Below are positions 17,201 to 32,896 of a stretch of DNA of 64,000 nt, piece by piece (position 1 is the first letter of the stretch; the number at the start of each line of letters is the position of its first letter). A program made the position numbers and the translations under genes. The DNA comes from the human T2T-CHM13v2.0 reference genome, Homo sapiens. Location: assembly GCF_009914755.1 (NCBI RefSeq), contig NC_060937.1; one strand, 5' to 3'. The notes beneath the pieces are model-generated. The model worked only from the letters and a program-made list of their open reading frames with translations. It was not told where the DNA came from and ran no database searches.

Positions 17201-17729
17201 ATCATGAGTCTTAAAAGTGTTAGGACTCCTTCGTGGCCAGCACTCCCCACTATAAATTAGTGCCCCAAGGGGAAGGAATTCCCTCAGTATATGCCTAAAG
17301 TAACATGTCATTGGGATTTTAAAGCTGCCACCAGAAGTAAAGCAGAGAATCTAGCCTGGAACTATCAGACTAAGCCAAGATCCTTAAGAAAGGCTGATAT
17401 GTTTCTAGTGGACTCTTCTTGTTATCACCAGAAACAAAAGCAAACCATCATAGATAAACACTTAATGACTAAATATATGAGACCGAAAGCCAATATGCAT
17501 GAGAATCATCAAGGGGGAAAAAAGATTTTAGATCTCTAAGGGCTGCAAAGGTTAGAATTGTGAAATAAAATAAAGCGCAAAATAGAATGAATAAAAAGAG
17601 ACCATTAAAAATGAAGAAGAATATTTGGAAAAATAAAACTTGTAGAATTTTTAAAATACAAGTTGGAAAAAAGATGTTTATTGATGATTCATCAGATTAG
17701 ACAAAGATGGAGGTAATTAGTTAATTGGA

Positions 17730-19900
<2,171 letters not shown>

Positions 19901-20005
19901 TTAGGTTAGATAAGTTAGGTGTATTGAATATATTTTCAACTTACAGTATTTTAGACTTATGATGGTTTTATTAGGACACAACTTCGTAAGTCAGAAAACA
20001 TCTGT
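19901..20005. mobile_element. MER47/Tigger5-like terminal fragment
   Basis: TTTTCAACTTACAGTATTTTAGACTTATGATGG...CGTAAGTCAGAAAACATCTG resembles the recalled MER47 terminal inverted repeat. Confidence 0.6.
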
Positions 20006-20744
20006 GTAGATTAATTACACATATATTAATGTTAATTAATGTTAATTAATTAACATCCTAGGAGATGTTACTGCCTTAGGTAAAAGATAAGAGTTTAGGC
20101 AAATAGTGCGTTAACCAAAAGTTTGGGAGGAACAGCTTGGAAATAGGTACATAAGGGCTTTGAAAAGCTCTAACATATTTATGGAAGTCTAAAAGGCTAT
20201 TCGCATGCCGGGGGCTACATGCATCCTCTGGACAGACTTAAGAAGGCCTTAAGCTTTCACCTTCTGCTGGCCTTGCGACAATATGGAAACAGGAAGTAAA
20301 TGCTAAGGTACAGTTGAAACCTGCCTGGTTGATTATTGAAGGGCTGTCCTTACACAGAGTTCCTTAGGAAAATCTGGGAGGTTTTTTCTATCCAGGAATT
20401 TAAGGAAATCTCTATTCAATTATTAGCTGACCACTAAGGTAATGAAACACAGATTTCAGTGGCCACACATGACAAAGAATGCAAACCATACAAAATTAGT
20501 TAAGAAAAATCACTCATCAGATAATGAAAACACCAACAAATCCTAGGGAAGAGAGAGAATGAGATTTCAAGAATTGCCATATTATAATACTCAAAACATC
20601 ATTGCAAGGAGACAAATTAAAAAGTACGACCCACACACAGCAAAAAACCAAATCAATAGAAACTCTGCTTGAGGATATATTGCCTAGAACTTTCTAAACA
20701 CAGACATTAAGTTTTTAAAATATGTTCCACTAGTCAAAGAGATA

Positions 20745-21367
20745 TGCTTATACACTATTGGTGGGGGTGCAAATTATTTCAGCTATTGCGGAAAGTAGCG
20801 TGGCACTTCCTTAAAGAGCTTAAAACAGAATTACCATTTAACCCAGCAATCCCATTACTGGGTATATACCCAAAGGAATATAAATTGTTCTACCATTAAG
20901 ACACATGCATGCAAATGTTCACTGCAGCATCATTCACAATAGCAGAGACATGGAATCAACATAAATATCCATCAATGGTAGACTGGGTTAAGAAAATACG
21001 GTACATATACACTGTATTATGAAGCCTTAAAAAAAATGAAACCATGTCCTTTGCAACAACATGGATAGAGCTGGAGGCCATTATCCTAAGCAAACTAATA
21101 CAGGAACAGAAAACCAAATACTGCATATTATCTTTTATAAGTGGGAGCTAAACAATGAAAACACATGATACTAGGAGGTAAATAGCAGACCCTGGGGCCT
21201 ACATGAGGGTAGAAGGTGGGATAAAGGAGAGGATCAGAAAACATACCTATCGGCTACAGTGCTTATTACTCAGGTGACAAAATTATCGATACACCAAACC
21301 CCTGTGACATGCAGTTTGCCCATATAACAAACATGCCCATATACCCTTGAACCTAAAAGTTAAAAAG
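20745..21367 (+). mobile_element. 5'-truncated L1, L1PA15/16-like
   Basis: ORF2 end plus 3'UTR (GGAGAGGATCAGAAA...CCTTGAACCTAAAAGTTAAAAAG). Confidence 0.85.
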
Positions 21368-23769
21368 AAATAACAAGGGAAAGAAAATGCTACACTAAAA
21401 AATATTTAGTTAGTACAAAAGAAGGCAAGAAATGGAAGAAGAAATAAATAAGACATATTGAAAACAAATAGAAAAATGGCAGAAGTCCTTTCTTATCGAT
21501 AAATCAGTAATTGCACTAAATGTAAGTGAAATGAACTTTCCAATTAAAACACTGAGAATTGAAGAATGGATTTTATAAAAAGGATTCAACTGTAAGCTGT
21601 GTACAGGAAACAGATTAATAGACACAAACAGGCTGACAGAAAAATGATTTTAAAACGTATTCCATACAAATAGAACTCAAAAGAACGGATGACTATGCTA
21701 ATATCAGACAAACTATATTTTAATACAAAAATCATTACAGTGACAAAGACATTATATAATGTTAATTATGTAAATCCATCCATAAGATATCATAGTTTTA
21801 AAAATATATGCACTTAACAAGAGACCCCTAAAATATATCAAGCAAAAACATACAGAACTAAAGGGAGAAATAAATAATTCAAATATGTTACTTGGAGACT
21901 TTAGTATCCCATTTTGAATAATGGATAGAACACCTAGACTGAAACAACAGTATATGTCACCTAGACCTCCCAGCCGTCTATAGAATATGTCATTTAACAG
22001 TAGCAGGCACATGTTCTTCACAAGTGCACATGAAACATTCTGTAGGACAGACCATATGTGGCCAAAAAACAATTCTCAGTAAGTTTAAAAAGGTTGAAAG
22101 CATGCATTTTATCTTCTCCAACCACAATGGATTGGAATTTGAAATCAGTAAGAGAAGGAAATTTGAAAGATTCACAAATGTGTGGAAGTTAAACAGGAAA
22201 CTACTAAATAACCAATGGGTTAAAGGATAAATTACAAGAGAAATGACATAATACTTTGAAGAAATGAAAAAAAATCAAAACTGATGGGATGCATTTAAAG
22301 TAGGGCTCAGAAGGAAATTTATGACTATAAGTAACTACTTTTAAAAAGGGGAAATAAGAAAACATTAACATAACCTCCCCGCCCCCAACAGGACAAACTA
22401 GAAGAAGAGGAGCAAATTATTTCCAAAACAGGCTGAAGAAGGAAAAAATAGCAATTAAAATATAAATAAAGCAGAGAATTTGAAAGTAATAAAGCTTAAT
22501 AAAACCAAAAGTTGATCCTTTAAAAAGACCAACAAAATTGAAAAAACTTTAGCTAGAAAAAAAAGAAAGAAGACTCAAATCACTAAAATCGGGAATGAAA
22601 GTAGGAATATTATTAATGACCTTAATGAAAGAAAAAAGATTATAAGGGAATACTTACTATAAACCATTGTGTCAATACTAGAAAACTCTACATATGAAAT
22701 GGAAAAATTTCTGGAAACATAACTAACACTAAACTAAAACTGACTGAATATGAAATAGAAAATCTGAGTATTGCTGTAACAGTAAGGAGTTTGAGTTAGT
22801 AATTTAGCAAAACTTCCAACAAAGAAAAATTCATTACCAGATGTTTTCCCTGGTAATGCTATCAAACATTTGAGACGAAAGAGAATCAACAGCAGTCCTT
22901 CTCAAACTCTCCCAAAACATAGACGAGGATGAAACACTAACTCATTTTATGAGGCGAGTATTACCCTTAATGATACCAAACCCAGATAAAGTCGTTTGAA
23001 AAGTAACAAACCGGTATCTACCACGCTATTAAGTAAAGGTTAATAAAACTACAAATCTTATGACTATGGATGCAAAAATCCTGAACAAAATACTGGCAGA
23101 TCTACGTCAGCAATATGTAAGAAAGGATTATATACCTTGATTAAATGGGATTTATTCCAGGAATTTATAGTTGGTTTAACACATGAAAATCAATCAACGT
23201 AATACACCATATTGCTGAAATGACTGGGAGAAAAACACATGATCACATCTTAATAGATAAAATCATTTGACAAAATTTAATACTGTTTAATGATAAAAAT
23301 ACTCAACATATTAGGAAAGGAAGGAAGCTTTCTCAGTCTGATAAGTGAGATTTACAAAACAAAACAAAGAACCCCGCAATGAAGTCATGCTTATTTATGA
23401 AAGACTGAATGTATTCACCCTAAGGGAAGAAGACAACAATGGCCACTAATACTAGTGCTATTCAACATTATACTGCAGGTTCTAGCTAGTGTAGTTAATT
23501 AAGAAAACAAAATAAAAACTGTCTAAATTGAAAACGAAGAAACAAAACTCTCTATTTGTAGAAGGTAGGACTTATATATAGCAAACCTTAAAGAAACTAC
23601 CAAAAAAAAAAGGATCTGTTAGAGCTAATAAACAAATTCAGCAAAATGGCAGGATATGAGACCAATATACAAAGATCAATTGCATTTCTATACACCAGCA
23701 ATGAACCATCTGAAAATAAAATTAAGAAGATGGTTCCATTAACAATAAAGTCAAAAATAATAAAATGTA

Positions 23770-24996
23770 ACAATGATATTAAGTAATGCTCAACATCAGT
23801 AGTCATTATGGAAATGCAAATCAAAAGTACAATAAGCTACCACTGCATAACCATTTGGATGGGCACTGTAGTAGTCTATTCTTGCATTGCTATAAAGAAA
23901 TACCTGAGACTGGATAATTTATAAAGAAAAGAGGTTTAATTGGCTCTTCTGCAGGCTGTAAAGGAAGCATAATGCTGACATCTTCTTGGCTTCTGGGAGG
24001 CCTCAGGAAACAAACAAACAATCGTGGCAGAAGGTGAAGTGGGGGCAGGCATGTCTTACATGGCAGAAGCAGGAGCAAGAGAGAGGTGGGAGGTGTTACA
24101 CACTTTTAACAACCAAAGTTCATGAGATCTCACACTCTATCATGAGAACAGCAGCAAGAGGATATTTCTAAACCATTCATGAGAAACCACCACCATGATC
24201 CAGTCACTTCCCACCAAGCCCCACCTCCACCACTGGAAATTACACTTCAACATACAATTTGGGTGTGAACACAGATCCAAACCATATTAGGCACTATCAA
24301 AAAATTAGAAAATAATGAGTGTTAGTAAGGACATGGAGAAACTGAAACACTTGTACATTGTTGGTGGGATTGTAAATTGGAGTAGTCACTATGGAAAACA
24401 GTATTGCAGATCCTAAGAAATTTAAAAATAGAATTGCCGTATTATCCAGCTATTCCACTGCTGCTTATGTTGCCAAAAGATTTAAAAGTAGGGACTCTAA
24501 GTAGTATTTGTGCCCCTATGTTCATAGCTGCATTATTTGCAGTACTTAGAAGGTTAAAGCAACCAAAATGCCCATTGACAAGTGAAGCATAAACAGAGCT
24601 CTTTATACATACAATGGGATATTATTCAGCCTTAAAAAGGAATGAAATTCTAACACATTCTACAACATGGATGCTAAATAAAATAAGCCAGTAATAAAAG
24701 GACAAATACTGCATGATTCCACTTGTATGAGGTACCCAGAGTAGTGAAACTCACAGAGACAAAGTGGGATGATGGTGGCCAAGGGCTGAGGATGGAGGAG
24801 CAGGTAATGGGGAATTATTAATATTTCTAAATAGGTAAAGAATTTAGATTTTACAAAATGAAACAAGTTCTGTTAATGGATATTAGTGATAGTAGCAAAA
24901 CAATGAAAATGTGTTTAGTACCACTTAACTGTACAATTAAATGCTGTAAATTTTATATTATATGTATTTTATTACAATTAAACTTTTTTTAAAAAA
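23770..24996 (+). mobile_element. L1MB 3' fragment nested in the older L1
   Basis: Separate ORF2 C-terminus and 3'UTR ending TATTACAATTAAACTTTTTTAAAAAA. Confidence 0.75.
23867..24289. mobile_element. MST (MaLR) solo LTR, MSTB-like
   Basis: TG start, ATTGCTATAAAGAAATACCTGAGACTGG...ATCCAAACCATAT. 5-bp TSD GGCAC at 23862-23866 and 24290-24294. Confidence 0.92.
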
Positions 24997-26749
24997 GGAA
25001 TAAATTTAGCCAAAGAATGTCAACACTTGTTCATCAAAAACCACAACATTATTGAATTTCTTTCAAACATTGTTGAAAGAAATTAAAGAGGGTATAAATA
25101 AGTGGAAATACCTCCCAGGTTTTAATGGATTGGAAAAGTTAATAATTTTAAGATAACAGTACTTTTCAAATTTATATATAAGGTCAATGCACTCTATCAA
25201 AATTTTAGCTGTCTTTTTTCAGAAATGGAAAAGCTGATTCTAAAATAATATGGAATTGCAAGAGACATAGGATAACCAAACCTATATTAAAAGAATAAAT
25301 TTGGAGGACTTATACTTCTTAATTTCAAAACTTAATACAAAGCTACAGTGATAAAAACAGTGTGGTGCTAGTTAAAGATAGTCTTACAGACAAATTTAAT
25401 AGAATTGAGAGTCCACAAAGAAACCCATATACTTATGGTCAATTTATTTTCAACAAGGTTGCCAAGACTTTTCAAAATGACTGTCCTTACCATTGTTGAA
25501 AAGACGGTCACTTCAACAATGGTGCTGGAACAACTGGATATCAACAGGCCAAAGAACAAATCTAGTCTCCAACCTTACACTCTATGAAAAAATGAATTCA
25601 AAATGCATGAAAGACCCAAATGTGAGAACTATAACTATTAGAAGGAAACATAGTTAAAAATCTTCATGACCTTGAATTACCCAATGGTTTTCATAGATAT
25701 GACACCAAAAGGACAAGCAAAAAAAAGTAGATTGATAGTCATCAAAATTTAAAACTTGTGTGTCAAAAGACATTCATTTACAAGATAGTGAAAATATAAC
25801 AGCAGAATTGAAATCAATGTTTGCAAATCATGTGTCTAATAAAAGTCTAATCTCCAGAATATAAAAGTAACCCTTACAACTCAATAATAATAAGACAAAT
25901 GGCCCAATTTAAAAATGAATAGAAGATACAAGTAGACATTTCTCCAAAGAAGACATACAGATGGCCAATGGACACATGAAAAGATTCTCAGAAATGCAAA
26001 TCAAAACCACAGTAAGATACCACTTCATATTCATTAGAATGGCTATAATGTTTAAAACAGACAACAACAAGTGTTGGCCAGGATTCACAGAAATTGGAAC
26101 CCTCACACTTTGTTGGTGAGAATGTGAAATAGTACAGCCACTGTGGAAAAGAGTTTGGCTGTTACTCGACAAGTTAAACATAGAGTTACCATATAACCCA
26201 GAATTTCATCTGTAGATACATCCTCAAGAGAATTGAAAACATATGTTCACAAAAAACTATTCATAATAGCATAATTCCTAATTGCCTGTAAGTGGAAACA
26301 ACCCAAATGTTCATCAACTGGTGAGTTGGTAAACAAACTATGATATATGCATAAAATGGGATATTGTTCACCAATAAAAAGGAATAAGGTACTCATACTT
26401 GACATGGATGAACCTGGAAAATATTGTGCTACCTGAAAGAAGCCAGACACATATTGTATGATTCCATTTAAATGAAATGTCTAGAATAGGAAAATCCATA
26501 GAAACAGAATGTAGACTAGTACTTACCAGAAGAAAGGAGGAAGAGGAAATTGAAACTAACTACTACTAAGTATAAGGATTTTTGCAGAATGATAAAAAGG
26601 ATCTAGACTTATATAGTTCGTGGTTCCACAAGATAGTGAGTATACTAAAAACCACTACAGTGTACATTTTTAAATGGAGAGGATTTTGTTATGTGAAATA
26701 TATCTCAATTTTAAAAATACTTTTTAAAAATTAGCATGAAATGAACTTT

Positions 26750-29640
26750 TAGCGATAACCATAATTTTAGATGGTTTATCCCCAAGAGAACAGCAACTAA
26801 GAAACTTACAATGTATGCATGTCAGGACAGCATAAGAAAATCTCATAATGACAAAACTATACAAGGAGAAAAGTATGCAAACAAATTGGTAAATTTGTGT
26901 ACATCTACGTAGAAATTGTCTTTATAAAGGGCTAATGATATGTAATATGTGAGTTTGAACTGGACAATATTGGGCAATAGCTTGTAAGTTAGAAGGGATT
27001 GTTACATAATATTGTTGCAGAAGAGGCTTATGATGTTATTTAACTTCATACTTATTTAAGTTAACTATACCTGGTAAAAGCCCAAGCATAGCAATGAAAA
27101 GAGTAGAATAAATACATTTCCAATCAGTAGGGAGTAAAAAAGATGGAATTAAAACTAAAGTTTCTATCCCCAACCCCTCCCCACCCCAATAAAAAGCATT
27201 AAAAAACTGGGACCAATGGAAGATTTTTAAAGTATTGGGCTAGAATTAAATACATTATATATCAATAAGCACAATAAATATAAAAGGACTATGATTTCCA
27301 ATTAAAAACCAAATTTCTCAGATATGATTAAAACTCCAGGTGAGTTCCATTTATTAAAGGCATACCTAAAGCCAAAAGAATGTTGAAGGTAAAAAGATAG
27401 AAAAATATATCCTGGGCACTAATCAAAAAACTAAGCTGACATAGCTATATTGATATTTTAAAAAATATTTCAAGGGAAAAATTGTTAGTGAAGAACTAAG
27501 TTGTATGGGTAGGAAGAGCTGAATTTTCTTAAGTAAGATGCTACCATCCTAAATTCATGTATTTCAAATAAATAACCTCAAAATGTGTAAAGCAAAAATT
27601 GATGAAACATCAGGGAGAAAATGACAAATCTGCCATCTTTGTGGAAGATTTCAACACTCCTATCTCAGTTATCAAAATATCCAGGAGACAAAAAAATTCA
27701 GTGAATATATACAAGATTTGAATAACATAATTAGCATTTGATACTATTGATATATAGAACTTTTCACCCAATCATAGACAGTACATATTATTCTCAAGCA
27801 AACATGTAACCTGTGTAAAATCTGATCACATGGTTCAGGGGTCCCCAATCCCTGGGCCACAGGCTAGTACCAGTCCTTGGCCTGTTAGGAACCAGGCAGC
27901 ACAGTAGCGGGTGAATGACTTGCAAGAGAACAAAGCTTCATCTATATTTACAGCCACTTCCCATTGCTGGCATCACCGCCTGAGCTCCGCCTCCTGTCAG
28001 ATCAGTGGCAGTATTAGATTATCATAGGAGCATGGACCCTATTGTGAACTGTGCATGCAAGGGATATAGGTTGCATGCTCCTTATGAGAATCTAATGGCT
28101 GATAATCTGTCACTATCTCCCATCACCCCCAGATGGGAACATTTAGTCACAGGAAAACAAGCTCAGGGCTCCCACTGATTCTACATTATGGTGAGTTGTA
28201 TAATTATTTCATTATATATTACAATGTAATAATAATAGGAATAAAGTACACAATAAATGTACTTGAATCATCTCGAAACCATCCCCTTCCACCCACACTG
28301 GCCCGTGGAAAAATTGTCGTCCATGAAACTAGTCCCTGGTGCCAAAAAGGTTGGGAACTGATGACATAGTTAGATCATAACACAAGTCTTACCAGATTTT
28401 AAGAATTAGTGTTATCAATACCATGATATCTGACCAGTGTAAATTTATATTTGAAGGCGAGGACAAATAATTATATTAAAATATTCTCATTACTGCTGAA
28501 GAATTTTGAACACTTAACATATTTCAAAGAAACATAAAAAGTATTTAGACTAAACAATAATAGATATACTAAATACAAAAACTTGTAGAATGTAAGGAAA
28601 ATGAAACATGAAGATAAATCTATTTGCGTAAAAGCTTATTACTTGAGAGAAAAGCCTAAAATTAATGAACTAAATCTCTAACTGCAAAAAAAAATGTCCA
28701 AGTTAGGAAAATAACAGAACCCCTTCACAAAGTAGAAGAAAGCTAATAATAAAGAAGTTTAACAGAAATCAGCAAAATAGAAAAATAAGATACAGTGGAG
28801 AAGATTAACAAAGATAAATGTTTATTCATTAACTAATAATAAATGAGCAAACTCTTCTAAGATTGATTAAGAACAAAATAAAACAACACAAATAGTGAAC
28901 ATACAGAATGAAAAGGAGACATAATTATAACCAAAACTAATTAGAAAAGAAAATGAGAGTGCTATCAAAGCATTATACCATTAAAATTACAAATTTAAAT
29001 GAAATGAGCAATGTCCTAGAAAATATACAGCTTCCTATAACTGAAAAAGAAGAAACAAAACCCTAAATAGTTCTTTAAGTATGAAAGGAAGTTAATCAGT
29101 AAAATTTCTTCCTGTAGAGAAAACTCTAAGCCCAAATAGTTTACAGGAATAGTCTACCAAATGTTCAAGTAAAACTCTGTTCCAAACTTACAAACTCCTA
29201 GAGATCAGAAACAGGGAATGTTCCAGATTGTTCACTGAGGACTGTGTAATCTTAATTATAAGAGCAAACAAGGAAAATCACATGCCAATCTCCCTTATGA
29301 ATATAGATCTGTAAGTTCTAATTAAAATATTAGCAGAACTCAATTCAACTGTGTATAAAAAGATAACATGTGTATGTGGGGCAAACTGGAAGACGGTGAT
29401 GAGGGAAATTTATCCCATGAATGCAGGAGTTGTTCATCATTTTAAAAATTTCTAAAAATGTCATTCATTTATCACATTAAAAGTGAAAACTTTTATGATC
29501 ATCTTAGTAGGTGCAGACATCTAGTAAAGGTCAGTAACGTTCATGATTAGAAAGAATACTCTTAGCAAATTAAGAATAGAAGAGAATTTTGAACTATTTT
29601 AATTTAAAAAACAATATCTACAGAAAACCTGCAGCTTTAT
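26750..29640 (+). mobile_element. Very old L1M (L1ME-like) ORF2 fragment
   Basis: A-rich degenerate ORF2 text (GGAAGATTTCAACACTCC, AAAATATTAGCA). Confidence 0.65.
27836..28363 (+). mobile_element. MER1A (hAT-Charlie) DNA transposon, complete
   Basis: CAGGGGTCCCCAA...AAAGGTTGGGAACTGATG, 528 bp. 8-bp TSD ACATGGTT/ACATAGTT. Confidence 0.92.
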
Positions 29641-32004
29641 TTATAAAACTCACAAGCAATCTGAACAACATATTGCTTTGGCATATATACATATGTGAGA
29701 TAAAATGGTTTGTTAAGGAAGCAAGAGACTGATAAATACCAAGTGCAGCAGAGTGGTTTATTTATTTATTTATATATTTACATATACTATTATTTTTAAG
29801 TGAGTGAGCTTAGGATAGTAAAGACATTCGTGTCGCCTCTCAAAACCTGAGTTAAAAACAACTTGACTGTGAAAAAGAAATATAGATTTTATCCTCAGTG
29901 AAAATTCATTTTGTTACTTTCCTTAGCAGTCTAGATGTAAGACTGAGAAAGGAGACCAGTGTGTTAACCCAGGGTCACACATCTTTGACTCCAGTGCAGC
30001 AGGTAGATCAGGAATTAAGTGAAGGTGTTGGCAAGAGAGTGGTTAAAACATGGAATTGTGGGATCCCAGATGGATGCAAAAGGAAGTGAATTATTAAGCA
30101 GAAGAGGAAAGAGAGCAGCAAGGATAGGAGATCATGATCTGAGAGTAGACTTAAAGCATAAAGACTTGTGAAATGAAGCTACTTATGGCCATTGGATTTA
30201 TTTGCTGAAGTAAGGGAGACTTGAAGATCTTTTGAGTTAATCAGTCAAAGAATTGTGAGCTGCTGTGATCAATGTTTTCCATGTGGATAATGGTGTCATT
30301 CAGAGTGGTGTCAAGAGTCATGGAAAGATACCTTCTCTTCGTGTAAATAAAACATCATAGATCAGTTGGCAGAACTCATAAGTGCCCAAGATAGGGGAAC
30401 AGACTAAAAAACTGATACAATTTCTTTGGTGTGTCTGAGGACAGGAGTCTTTTGTTACAAAGCCTCCACCCCCACAGCCATGCTGCTTTGCTTTTCTAAT
30501 CCACTGCTTTGCTCCTGGGAATGATATGTATTAGCCAGCCAGACCATGTACCCTTCCCTTCCTGCTGTCTCCTGTTAATCTATTTAAGTTTTGTAATTTG
30601 CACTAATTTGCACATATTAGATTTCTTCCTGGCTTTCTTCAGCCTTCAGCATGCACTAGACAAAGCCATTGAACGAAATATTCTAATATCACATCTCTTC
30701 TCTCTTTTGAAGCCTCTCTACAAAATGTAGGCTGATAATATGATCAAAAGTTAATAATCAGAGTTTACGTGATGTTCTTTTTTAGCTTCTTTTAATTTTC
30801 CATTTCCCTCAGTGATTAAGACTGTATGTTTGTTTGCCCTCCAACGTCATTTACAGAGGAGTTTTTATCTTTTTTCCTAAGTATTGTCACATCTAACAGA
30901 TTTCCATAACCTTTGTATTCTTTTAATAATTTGTGTTGTGGTTAACTTTTAGACTGAAAACTGGACAACTTTCCCATTAGAATGTGTCTATGTCCCCCTC
31001 AACAGATTGGAGAGATAGCTGCTCCATGCTTCTAGGAAATATCTGCAGCTATCCTGCTGCTATGCAAGATTTTACTGGTGCCGCTGTCATATTGTCAGAA
31101 CCGTTCCCACTGGTCCTAGAGTGACAGAGTAGTTATTTAACCTAAATCTTATCAAGGAGTGATTAAATCTATATCTGAGCAGACATGGATTTTAGACGGA
31201 TTTCTACTGAGAACTATCTTGAGTTCAGTGTTGCTCAGTATTTACATTACCACCCTAAAATAAAGGAACCATTCACCTGTCGGTTTTTATGGAAGATGCC
31301 ACAAAGATATTGCAAGTAATTTGGTGGGAAGATATTAAAACTTCATGTTTTGTAATTCAACCTTGATATTAGAAAGAACAAATAAATCCAGTATAGTCAC
31401 ACTCACCTCAAAGACATATGTAGGCTTTTAAAATTATATTTAAACAATAAATTAGAAATATCAGAATACATAATGATATTTTGTTTCTTCTGCTTATATT
31501 TATGTATCAGTAAAGAAGAAAGTTTGCCACAGGTAGACATGATATAGTGAAGAATATAGGAGGAATTACTAGGACTTAGTATTTAGTAAGTACAGAAATT
31601 AAAACAAAGTTAAACCTATTTCCATCTGATTTATATTTATGAAAACTTGAGCAAAAAAAAGTTGATATATTTCATTAATGAGCAGTGAAAAAAAGTAATG
31701 CTGTTATTGAAGTAGTACTCCTGTTTAAAATCCCCGGAAAGAAAAACTGGACAATGAAGGAATATGAGGATTAGAATGAAATTTAAAAAGGACATAGACA
31801 AAGGAACTGAAACCACTTCTTAAGCTTGCCCTTTAAGGAAAACCCAGAATGACTTGAAGGTAGCTTTTTAAATATTATTTTTTTTAATATGCAGTAATTA
31901 CTTAATGCAAAAAAAATTGAAGAAGACACAAAAAGGCCAAATCATTGTTTTTAATTGACACAGTGAAAAACAAAATGATATTAGTTATTATAATCAATAT
32001 TATC

Positions 32005-32008
32005 TTCC

Positions 32009-32040
<32 letters not shown>

Positions 32041-32066
32041 ATCTCCTCCATGATCATCATCATCAT
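32005..32066. repeat. (TCC)n/(ATC)n simple repeat
   Basis: Seen directly. Confidence 0.9.
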
Positions 32067-32525
32067 GTGGCTTAAACCAGTAATCAGTTTTTTTCTTTCT
32101 TATGATTCTCATTGCCTGGGCTCAGCTAAGCAGTTCTCTCTGGCTCCATGTGGAGTTGCCTGGGTCTGCAGTGTCCTGAATGTGACTTACTTTGGGCTGA
32201 GACCTCATTTAGGCCTGAGAGCCCGAGCAATTCTGTGCTCTTCAATGTGCTCCATGTGATGTGGGCTTCTCTCAGGGGAGCAACAGACTCCAGAAGAGAG
32301 AGTTCAAAAAAAATCAAAAGCTGCCTGGCATCTTATGTCCTAGCCTCAGGAGTCACATAGCATCACTTCTGCTGTATTCTGTGGCTCACAGGAAGTCACA
32401 GGGCAAGTCCAGATCCACAAGGAGTAGAAAAAGTCTCCATTTTTTGATGACAAAGTCACACTGCAAAAGAGCATGTGGGATGGGAAATGTTGTTGCAGCC
32501 ATCTTTGGAAGTAATCTCTGCCACA
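32066..32525. mobile_element. MLT1 (MaLR) LTR
   Basis: GTCACATAGCATCACTTCTGCTGTATTCTG...GTTGCAGCCATCTTTGGAA...CTGCCACA. Confidence 0.75.
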
Positions 32526-32896
32526 TGTTATTAAAGAAGTTAGAAGAAGCTCACTGTGTGTACATGTGAAAAGATGTCCAAGATACATTTCTATGTGAGA
32601 AAAGCTGGGTAAAGAACAGACTGTATAATGTACTAATAATTATCAGTGTTAGGAAGTGTGGGAAAAGAATATATTTGTATTTTTATTTATATATTTTAGA
32701 AGTCTCTGAAACACACCCAGGCATAACAGTGGGTACCTGTTGAGGTTGAAAATTTGGTGACTAGGGGACATAGTGAGAGGCTTTTCACTGTAAAATGTTA
32801 CTACACATTTTAAAAATAATTCGAATCTCCTAAATAAGTAACTTCTGTAGTTAAAAAAGTCAGCTATATGGTTGAACTTTAACTGTAGTTCCATAT

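Larger units (their letters stand above)
21370..26720 (+). mobile_element. Old L1MB-like ORF2 and 3'UTR, host to nested insertions
   Basis: Degenerate EN-RT text breaks at ~23768 and resumes at ~24997. Ends GTGAAATATATCTCAATTTTAAAAA. Confidence 0.8.

Noticed and set aside
20024-20056. 18-bp palindrome ATGTTAATTAATTAACAT with a TTAAT repeat
   Set aside because: Low-complexity AT sequence explained by slippage.
31945-32259. 104-aa ORF with poly-Ser and poly-Ile
   Set aside because: Translation of a (TCC)n/(ATC)n repeat plus MLT1 LTR.
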